A DNA stretch of 10,558 nucleotides from contig JBBQPO010000219.1 of NCBI GenBank assembly GCA_038217285.1, positions 1 to 10,558 on the forward strand, in the 5' to 3' direction. Below, piece after piece: positions 1-6,484 of the stretch. The notes below the pieces were generated by a model. That model made no database searches, was not told the DNA's origin, and saw nothing but the letters and a program-made list of their open reading frames with translations. Both the position numbers and the translations under genes were made by a program. The stretch is from Chthonomonadales bacterium. GTDB lineage: Bacteria > Armatimonadota > Chthonomonadetes > Chthonomonadales > Chthonomonadaceae. Each line of letters begins with the position of its first letter. The first letter of the stretch is position 1.

Positions 1-2
1 GC

Positions 3-527
3 CACGTACAGGATACGATTTCCAATACCCAACGAAACATCCACTATGCGGAACCTCCCTTTCTGTTCCACAACGAAGGAAGCGGTAAATTCCGCGAAGT
101 GGGGCAGGCGGCGGGCAGTCCGTTTACGACTCCCATCGTCGCACGCGGCGTGGCATGGGGCGACTACGACAATGACGGTAAATTGGATCTGCTGGTAACC
201 ACCAACGGGGGCCGAGCCTATTTGTGGCACAACGAAACACCGACAAACAATCATTGGCTTCAGCTAAAGCTCATCGGAGTCAAGTCTAACCGGGATGGCA
301 TCGGCGCGGTTATCACGGTTAACGCCGGCGGGAGAACAGTTCGCACCGCTGTGCGGAGCGGCTCCAGCTATCTGAGCGCCAGCGACCTTCGCGCCCATAT
401 CGGTCTTGGAACAGCGAATCGAGCGGATATCGAGGTAAAATGGCCTTCTGGGATAGTAGATCGCCTGCCTGCGACAGCCACAAATCACATTTGGACACTG
501 CGGGAAGGAAGCGGGAAATTAAAGTGA
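3..527 (+). CDS. CRTAC1-family protein (FG-GAP repeats plus C-terminal ASPIC/UnbV domain), 5'-truncated by the window edge
   Basis: The frame is open from base 3 (HVQDTISNTQRNIHYAEPPFLFHNEGSGKFREV...). It contains an FG-GAP-like Ca-binding repeat, RGVAWGDYDNDGKLDLLV. It also contains ASPIC/UnbV-type motifs: NHWLQLKLIG..SNRDGIGA, GSSYLS, HIGLG and IEVKWPSG. Stop TGA at 525-527. Confidence 0.88.
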   Translation, partial: HVQDTISNTQRNIHYAEPPFLFHNEGSGKFREVGQAAGSPFTTPIVARGVAWGDYDNDGKLDLLVTTNGGRAYLWHNETPTNNHWLQLKLIGVKSNRDGIGAVITVNAGGRTVRTAVRSGSSYLSASDLRAHIGLGTANRADIEVKWPSGIVDRLPATATNHIWTLREGSGKLK

Positions 528-1816
528 ATGCGCCGAGAGTCAAAAGTAGGTCAGTCCGGCGGGATACATTCCTACTCATCGTTCTGGGGCTTGTTGCGGC
601 GGCTTGGCTGCTGAGCTGGCCTGTGCGCGCCCGCATGCGACGTGAAACCGCACGTATCGAGCGAGAAACGACGCAGCAGAACGAGGCGCTGCAAACCGGT
701 ACGCAGTTGAAGGCACAGGAGGAGGAAGCCCGCAAACAGCTCGCGAGCAACCCGCAGGATTTCGAGGCGCATATGAGGCTGGCTTCCGCACTGGGACGCC
801 AGCGCAACTATTCGGAAGAACTGCCTCACCTTCAGGCAGCCCAGCAAATCCATCTGCAAAGTGCGGCCCCCCATGCGGCAATGGGCCAGCTTTTCGACGC
901 GGAAGGCATGCACGACCTGGCGATTGAGGAACTGCGCAAGGCGATTGAACTGAACCCGGACGATATCACGTCATTGACCCTCCTGGCTTACAAATACGTT
1001 GCGGTCGGATGGAATTCGGAGGCTGAAAGTATGCTAGCGCGTGCCCTTGCAAAACAGCCGGAGGATGCCCGTCTGCATGTGACCCTGGCACTGGTCAATT
1101 TTCAGACCGGTCAGATGGCGGCAGCGGAACAGCATCTTCTCACAGCCCGACGCCTCGCCCCGAAAGATGCTACCGTGATTGGACCTCTGATCGAAGTCTA
1201 CCGCCATTCGCAGCGCTATACCGACGCGCTTCGAACCATTGCCGAAGCGATGCCGATACTTCCCGACAAACTCGCCTTGCATCTGGAAAAGGCGCAGGTC
1301 TATGAAGAGATGGACCGTCCTGCCGACGCAATCGCTGCCGCTGATGACGCGCTGAAGTTGTCAGCGGGACTGCTGCGCGCCCTGTATATTCGGGCGGTTG
1401 CGTATAAGATGGAGGGAGATACCGCGTCGGCTATTCGCGATTTTGAACAGGTGCGCGCCGGGGACTCGCGGACGGACCAAACGCTGCTGCTGCTGGGTCA
1501 GCTTTATATCCAGCAAGGCCGTCCGGAAAAGGGCAAACCGCTTGTTGAGGAGTACAACCGTAACCTGGAAATCAGTCAGAAACTAGCGCGACTGATAGTG
1601 CGCGTCGCGTCGCTGCCCAAGGACTGGAGATCTCATCTTGCGCTGGGAGCCTACTATTGCCAGGGCGGCAGTTACCCCCGTGCTATTGTCGAGTTAAAGC
1701 GCACCCTGGAGCTCAAGCCAGGGCAAAAGGAGGCTCTTAGCCTCCTGGTCAAAGCGCTGCGAGCCGTACATCGTGATACAGAGGCAGAAGCCTTCTCCTC
1801 CTCCTCTGGGCCGTAA
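524..1816 (+). CDS. Tetratricopeptide-repeat protein with N-terminal membrane anchor (about 430 aa)
   Basis: GTG at 524 overlaps the upstream stop (GTGA), which makes it a better start than 440. A hydrophobic helix (FLLIVLGLVAAAWLLSWPV) is followed by a charged coiled-coil-like segment and many TPR-like units, e.g. AIEELRKAIELNPDD, AEQHLLTARRLAPKD and AIVELKRTLELKPGQ. Confidence 0.85.
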   Translation: MNAPRVKSRSVRRDTFLLIVLGLVAAAWLLSWPVRARMRRETARIERETTQQNEALQTGTQLKAQEEEARKQLASNPQDFEAHMRLASALGRQRNYSEELPHLQAAQQIHLQSAAPHAAMGQLFDAEGMHDLAIEELRKAIELNPDDITSLTLLAYKYVAVGWNSEAESMLARALAKQPEDARLHVTLALVNFQTGQMAAAEQHLLTARRLAPKDATVIGPLIEVYRHSQRYTDALRTIAEAMPILPDKLALHLEKAQVYEEMDRPADAIAAADDALKLSAGLLRALYIRAVAYKMEGDTASAIRDFEQVRAGDSRTDQTLLLLGQLYIQQGRPEKGKPLVEEYNRNLEISQKLARLIVRVASLPKDWRSHLALGAYYCQGGSYPRAIVELKRTLELKPGQKEALSLLVKALRAVHRDTEAEAFSSSSGP

Positions 1817-2030
1817 ACGTTCCCCTCTCTCCACAATATCTCATTTTCGGTTTACCGGTGGTCGATTGCAACCACATCAGGACCGTGCGTCGGGCAGAAG
1901 GAAAGTTGTCCTGCCTGTCCGACTTCGGGCGCGCCTGCATGTGCACGGGTTTCACGGGTACAATGCGGAGGATTTGTACGCTTCTGTACCGAAACGTCGC
2001 CTATAAAACTTGAGAGGAGACTATCGGAAA

Positions 2031-2789
2031 ATGGCGTCTTGTGAACTGAAGTACCGCAGTCAGGCGTTGGAGAAGGCGACTGCAGCCACGGTCCTGCTGC
2101 CGGAAGGTCCGCAAAAGGGGCCGTTCCCCGTACTCTATCTGCTCCACGGCCTCTCCGACGACCAGACAGCCTGGACGCGATGGACCAGCATCGAACGGTA
2201 TGTACGCTCACTGCCCCTCATCGTTGTGATGCCGGACGGCGGGCGTGGGTTCTACTGCGATGCCGAACAGGGCTTTGCCTCTGAGACAGCTATCATCCAA
2301 GACCTGACCGGCTATGTCGATACCATGTTCAATACGAACCCCACCCGGAACGGACGCGCGCTGGCCGGACTCTCTATGGGCGGCTACGGAGCGGCGAAAC
2401 TTGCGCTGAAGTTTCCGGAGATGTTCTGCGGTGCGGTGAGCCTGTCTGGAGCGATGGGATTTGCGCATCGGGCGTTTCCGGATCCCATCGAACGGCCCTG
2501 GGATCGCGAGTTTGCGCAGGTCGTCGGGAGGAACCCGGTCGGAGGGCCGAACGATCTGTACGCACTGGCGAACGCTCTCGAGAAGACGCAACGCCCCGCC
2601 TTACGCATCGACTGCGGGACGGAAGACTTCTTAATCGAAGACAACCGTGCTTTCCATGCCTACCTGACGGAGATCGGCTATCCGCACGAATATGTCGAAA
2701 ACCCCGGCGCACACGAATGGGGTTACTGGGACCGGCATATCCAGGAAGCGATCACGTTCCTGGCGCGGCCTCTCGGCCTAAAGACATAA
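2031..2789 (+). CDS. Putative esterase, alpha/beta hydrolase (tributyrin-esterase / S-formylglutathione-hydrolase-like family), 252 aa
   Basis: Motifs are PVLYLLHG, VVMPDG, nucleophile elbow GLSMGG, acid residue in DCGTEDFL and catalytic His in GAHEWGYW. SD AGGAGA at 2015-2020 precedes ATG 2031. There is no signal peptide. Confidence 0.9.
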   Translation: MASCELKYRSQALEKATAATVLLPEGPQKGPFPVLYLLHGLSDDQTAWTRWTSIERYVRSLPLIVVMPDGGRGFYCDAEQGFASETAIIQDLTGYVDTMFNTNPTRNGRALAGLSMGGYGAAKLALKFPEMFCGAVSLSGAMGFAHRAFPDPIERPWDREFAQVVGRNPVGGPNDLYALANALEKTQRPALRIDCGTEDFLIEDNRAFHAYLTEIGYPHEYVENPGAHEWGYWDRHIQEAITFLARPLGLKT

Positions 2790-2802
2790 CCTAAAGACGT
2801 AA
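2777..2802 (+). repeat. 13-bp tandem duplication of the esterase 3' end
   Basis: CCTAAAGACATAA (2777-2789) is followed directly by CCTAAAGACGTAA (2790-2802), 12/13 identical. Confidence 0.85.
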
Positions 2803-3017
2803 GAAGATCTAATTCGTCATGTTTTTTTTCGGTTTCAGGAGGAGTACGGGCGAACGAAACAGAACTCTCGTAAACGCACGAGTTAACCGTGCATACGGGC
2901 GATAACGCAGCCAGCGTGGCAGGATACGGAAGGGCCGGATGCAGGGCCTCCTCGTTCTCCTCGTCGAGATGTTTTCGGTGAGACAATGTGGGCGGAACCC
3001 GAAAGGAGCAATTCCTA

Positions 3018-3416
3018 TTGCCTGTGAAAATCGTTCTTGCTGATGATCATGCCGCCATACGTCGCAGTCTGCGCCTACTGATAGCGGACGAACCTGACAT
3101 GGAACTTATCGGCGAGGCCGCCGACGGTCTGGAGGCGATCCGAGCGGTCCACGCGCTGCAGCCCGAGCTGTTGTTGATGGACATCAAGATGCCCAAGATG
3201 ACCGGGCTGGAGGTACTGCAGTACCTGCGCAACGAGAAGAACCCGGTCGCCATCATCATTCTCTCCAATCATTCGGAGCCGCTCTATGTCGAGGCCGCTA
3301 TGCGACTCGGTGCCAATGCCTTCGTGGCGAAGGCGTCGGGCCTGGAGTCGCTGCTGGAAGCGATCTACGCCGTTCGCGACGGTCGCCCTTACCGCGATCC
3401 GAAAATCCGCCCCTGA
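3018..3416 (+). CDS. Single-domain response regulator receiver (NarL/FixJ-type REC, no output domain), about 132 aa
   Basis: Motifs are KIVLADDH, phosphoacceptor Asp in LLLMDIKMPKMTG, IIILS and GANAFVAK. SD AAAGGAG at 3002-3008 favours TTG 3018 (or GTG 3024) over 2988. The protein stops just after the GRPY linker. Confidence 0.88.
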   Translation: MPVKIVLADDHAAIRRSLRLLIADEPDMELIGEAADGLEAIRAVHALQPELLLMDIKMPKMTGLEVLQYLRNEKNPVAIIILSNHSEPLYVEAAMRLGANAFVAKASGLESLLEAIYAVRDGRPYRDPKIRP

Positions 3417-3426
3417 GGGCAGGCCC

Positions 3427-3501
3427 GTATCGAGCGGATAGGACAGACTTGGAGGCGAGCCGCGGAGGCCATCCGTTGCTCGCCTCCAGGCCGTTCGGTA
3501 C
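3427..3501 (+). terminator. Extended stem-loop between convergent genes (possible terminator or 3'-end stabiliser; no U-tract)
   Basis: TGGAGGCGAGC (3450-3460) pairs perfectly with GCTCGCCTCCA (3478-3488), with an inner CGGA/TCCG stem. An outer stem of GTATCGAGCGG (3427-3437) with CCGTTCGGTAC (3491-3501) needs two G-U pairs. Confidence 0.5.
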
Positions 3502-3523
3502 AATCCGTTTCCGGACGATTCTG

Positions 3524-4147
3524 TCACGCGTATTTAATGATCAACGTTTCGATCGTACCGGAAAGTTTCTCCGTCTGGTTGATCGCCTCTTCGACCAGCT
3601 CATAGACCTCCTTCCATTTGATCACGAGACGCGTATCCAGCGTTTCATCCTCGAAGAGCGTAGTCAGCGCCTCTCGAAACAGACGATCGACCCGTGTCTC
3701 CATCGCGTGGATGCCCGTGAGCATCGGGGTCAGCGTCGGTTGTTTGAGACCCTGGCGCAACTGCGCCACGATTTTCTGCATTTCACTGGTGATCGCCACC
3801 AGCATCTCGACCATCGATTTCAGTTCGGGGCGGGACGACCGCAGCCGATAGACCTGAATGTGAGAGGCCGCCTTCTCGATCGTGTCGGTGACATCATCGA
3901 GCCGTGCGGTCAGCAGATGCATATCCTCTTTGTCCAGCGGCGTTATGAACTGCGTGTTTACCTTGTTGACAAAACTACGGGTGAGTTCGTCCGCCTCATG
4001 TTCGATCTCCTCCAACTGCTTCAGATAGTCCGCGATGTTGGCGAAATCCCCTACGAGGGCATGAAACGTCGTCGCGGCTCTATGCGCGGCCTGAGCCTGC
4101 GCATCCAACAGATCGTAATAGGTTGCATTCCATTTGTTCGCAAACAT
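3524..4147 (-). CDS. DUF47 / PhoU-like phosphate transport regulator (Pit accessory protein), 207 aa
   Basis: Family motifs are IEHEADEL, FITPLDKEDMHLLTARLDDVTD, ETRVDRLFREAL..LF, IKWKEVYELVEEA and C-terminal IIKYA. Start taken as ATG 4147 (MFANK); the ORF-track extension to 4552 overlaps pit and is unlikely. Confidence 0.92.
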   Translation of the reverse strand: MFANKWNATYYDLLDAQAQAAHRAATTFHALVGDFANIADYLKQLEEIEHEADELTRSFVNKVNTQFITPLDKEDMHLLTARLDDVTDTIEKAASHIQVYRLRSSRPELKSMVEMLVAITSEMQKIVAQLRQGLKQPTLTPMLTGIHAMETRVDRLFREALTTLFEDETLDTRLVIKWKEVYELVEEAINQTEKLSGTIETLIIKYA

Positions 4148-4204
4148 TCTCGTCTCTATAGTTCCTTCCGTCCAGGCTCCCCAACCGTTGTCGGCGCGAG
4201 GGAT

Positions 4205-4245
4205 TTGGATACAGGATACCTCACTCCTTAACATTCTCTTAGCGT
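4205..4245 (+). promoter_or_regulatory. Candidate sigma70 promoter for pit overlapped by a Pho-box-like direct repeat
   Basis: TTGGAT (4205-4210), 18-nt spacer, TAACAT (4229-4234). CTTAACAT (4227-4234) and CTTAGCGT (4238-4245) repeat with an 11-bp period. Confidence 0.3.
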
Positions 4246-4330
4246 TTGCCAGTAGAAATACGAACCGACAAGGTAAACTATAACCCGGGTACGCTCCGGC
4301 TTGCCAATTTCCGTCTCGACAAGGACCATT

Positions 4331-5320
4331 ATGTTTCTGGTGATAACGATCGTGATCTGCGCACTGGCCTTCGATTTTATCAACGGTTTCCACGATACCG
4401 CCAACGCTATCGCTACCGTCGTCTCGACCCGGGTGCTCTCGCCCCGCTCCGCGATCCTCATGGCCGCTGGCCTCAACTTTCTCGGCGCGCTCTGCTTCAC
4501 CAAGGTGGCCGAAACCATCGCGAAAGGGCTGGTGACCGGAGCGACTCCCCATGTCATCCTCGCCGCCATCTTAGGAGCCATCGTCTGGAACCTCGCGACC
4601 TGGTATTTCGGTATCCCGAGTAGTTCGTCGCATGCCCTGGTCGGCGGCCTGGTCGGAGCGGCCTGGATGCATGGCGGCCAGCAGACCATCTTGTGGGCAG
4701 GTGTGCGCGACAAGGTGATCCTGCCGCTCGTGGTATCGCCGCTGGCCGGGTTTGTCATCGGGTTCGGGTTGATGGCGCTGATCGTGGTACTGTGTGCGAA
4801 CGCGCAGGCATCCAAAACAGGACGCGTGTTTCGGAGGATGCAGATCGTATCGTCGGCTATCATGTCGTTCGCGCATGGCAGCAACGACGCGCAGAAGAGT
4901 ATGGGGATCATCACGCTGGCTCTGGCAACCCTCAGCGCCCATCCGTTGGCAAAGGCGCCGGTCCAGCTCTGGGTGAAACTCGCCTGCGCGGTTGCGATGG
5001 CCGCCGGCACCTCGATGGGCGGCTGGCGTATCATCAAGACGATGGGCCATAAGATCATTCGACTGGAGCCGGTGAGCGGCTTCGCCGCCGAGACGACCGC
5101 CAGTCTCATTATTTTATACGCGACGCTCACCGGGAAGACAGTCAGCACCACCCATGTGATTTCCGGCAGCATCTTCGGAGTGGGCTCCGCCAAGCGGTTC
5201 TCCTCCGTACGCTGGTCGGTTGCGCAGAGCATGTTGATCGCCTGGGCGCTGACCATCCCGGCCTCCGCAACCGTCGCAGCGCTCTGCTATCTCGGGGTGC
5301 GCCTGCTGGGAGTACACTAA
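4331..5320 (+). CDS. pit: Inorganic phosphate transporter, PiT family (short form, 329 aa)
   Basis: Both PiT signatures are present (FINGFHDTANAIAT and FAHGSNDAQK), plus GIPSSSSHALVGG, GGWRIIKTMG and VSTTHVISGSIFGVG, and multiple hydrophobic helices. SD AAGGA at 4321-4325 precedes ATG 4331. Confidence 0.96.
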   Translation: MFLVITIVICALAFDFINGFHDTANAIATVVSTRVLSPRSAILMAAGLNFLGALCFTKVAETIAKGLVTGATPHVILAAILGAIVWNLATWYFGIPSSSSHALVGGLVGAAWMHGGQQTILWAGVRDKVILPLVVSPLAGFVIGFGLMALIVVLCANAQASKTGRVFRRMQIVSSAIMSFAHGSNDAQKSMGIITLALATLSAHPLAKAPVQLWVKLACAVAMAAGTSMGGWRIIKTMGHKIIRLEPVSGFAAETTASLIILYATLTGKTVSTTHVISGSIFGVGSAKRFSSVRWSVAQSMLIAWALTIPASATVAALCYLGVRLLGVH

Positions 5321-5324
5321 AACG

Positions 5325-6296
5325 ATGATAGATGAGTTCAGGTTGGCTCCAATGCGAAATACAGGCACCCCCTTGGAATTAGACCGAATCCGCGCGGTGC
5401 AGGTAAACCGGAGCGCCGCCGAGCGACGGGCCGCAACGCTGGTGACGCGGCGCACCGTCAAAAAGGAGTGGCAGGCCGCATGGCTCCTGCGGGCCATCTC
5501 CTGCATCGACCTGACGACACTGGCGGGCGACGATACGCCGGGCAACGTCCGCAGGCTGTGCGCCAAGGCACGCCGGCCTGTCCGGGCCGATATTTTGCAG
5601 GCTCTCGGCGTTTCGCACCTGAACCTGACGGTGGGGGCTGTCTGCGTCTATCATGAGATGGTCGAAACAGCGGTCGAGGCGCTGCACGGGTCGGGCATCC
5701 CGGTCGCCGCCGTTTCAACGGGCTTTCCCGCTGGACTGACTCCCTTTGCGTTGCGGGTGCAGGAGATACGCGAGTCGGTGGCAGCGGGCGCGGCCGAGAT
5801 AGATATTGTGATCTCACGCCGACATGTCCTGAACGGAGAATGGACCGCTCTCTACGACGAGGTAGCCGCCTTCCGTTCGGCCTGCGGCGCCGCGCATATG
5901 AAAACGATCCTGGCCACGGGAGAGCTCGGCACACTGCGCAACGTGGCGCGGGCCAGCCAGGTCTGCATGATGGCGGGCGCCGACTTCATCAAGACGTCGA
6001 CGGGGAAAGAGAGTATGAACGCCACACTGCCCGTCAGCCTGATCATGGTGCGGTGCATCCGCGAATACTATGAGCGAACCGGCTTTCAGATCGGTTTCAA
6101 ACCGGCGGGCGGCATCCGCACGGCCAAGCAGGCGCTCGACTGGCTCATACTCCTCAAAGAGGAGTTGGGCAACGACTGGCTGCGCCCCTCTCTCTTTCGC
6201 TTTGGAGCCAGCAGCCTGCTCGCCGACATCGAACGCCAATTGGAACACCATGTGACAGGCCGCTACGCCGCCTTGCATCATCAACCGATGGCGTAA
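5325..6296 (+). CDS. deoC: Deoxyribose-phosphate aldolase (DERA), long eukaryote-like form
   Basis: Motifs are IDLTTLAGDDT, GAVCVY, STGFPAG, GAAEIDIVI, Schiff-base Lys in GADFIKTSTGK, GFKPAGGIR and FRFGASSLL. It begins 4 nt after the pit stop; ATG 5352 is an alternative start. Confidence 0.96.
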   Translation: MIDEFRLAPMRNTGTPLELDRIRAVQVNRSAAERRAATLVTRRTVKKEWQAAWLLRAISCIDLTTLAGDDTPGNVRRLCAKARRPVRADILQALGVSHLNLTVGAVCVYHEMVETAVEALHGSGIPVAAVSTGFPAGLTPFALRVQEIRESVAAGAAEIDIVISRRHVLNGEWTALYDEVAAFRSACGAAHMKTILATGELGTLRNVARASQVCMMAGADFIKTSTGKESMNATLPVSLIMVRCIREYYERTGFQIGFKPAGGIRTAKQALDWLILLKEELGNDWLRPSLFRFGASSLLADIERQLEHHVTGRYAALHHQPMA

Positions 6297-6311
6297 AATA
6301 GAGGCGGTAAA

Positions 6312-6339
6312 GATAACTTTTCGCGCTCAGCCTCGTCTA
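6312..6339 (+). promoter_or_regulatory. Candidate ECF sigma factor promoter
   Basis: GATAAC (6312-6317), a 16-nt spacer beginning TTTT, then CGTCTA (6334-6339). This matches the AAC-N16-CGT(C) architecture of many ECF promoters and lies upstream of two secreted proteins. Confidence 0.55.
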
Positions 6340-6484
6340 TTAACATGGTATGTATTGCAACGGAATTCACCGCGAGAGCAGACCGGTTCAGGACAGAAGT
6401 TTTTACTGGTAAACGGCACTCCTTTCTGCCCGTCCTGCCGCGCCAGACGCCAATCTCTCGCCAGACCACAGGAGAACCCGACAG

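Noticed and set aside
440..523. ORF-track N-terminal extension of the TPR gene
   Set aside because: It overlaps the conserved ASPIC/UnbV C-terminus. GTG 524 gives a standard 4-nt overlap and places the TM anchor near the N-terminus.
2837..2844. Strong SD-like AGGAGGAG
   Set aside because: No start codon at a usable spacing downstream.
2819..2905. 28-codon ORF MFFFGFRRSTG... resembling a Phe attenuator leader
   Set aside because: The Phe codons arise from a T8 run, the SD is weak, no terminator/antiterminator with a U-tract follows, and the downstream gene is unrelated to Phe metabolism.
2777..2907. Short repeats considered as a degenerate CRISPR array
   Set aside because: Repeats are only 9-13 nt with two copies each, there is no regular repeat-spacer series, and no cas genes are present.
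3449..4231. 260-aa + strand ORF
   Set aside because: Antisense shadow of DUF47; Arg-rich with no motifs, typical of GC-rich DNA.
4148..4552. 135-aa N-terminal extension of DUF47 (apparent fusion or overlap with pit)
   Set aside because: It is antisense to the pit 5' region and has no domain features. DUF47 similarity starts at about Met 4147.
4228..5256. 342-aa - strand ORF
   Set aside because: Antisense shadow of the well-supported pit gene.
3018..5320. Receiver protein as the PhoB-like regulator of pit/DUF47
   Set aside because: It is NarL-type rather than OmpR/PhoB-type and lacks a DNA-binding domain; adjacency alone is not evidence.
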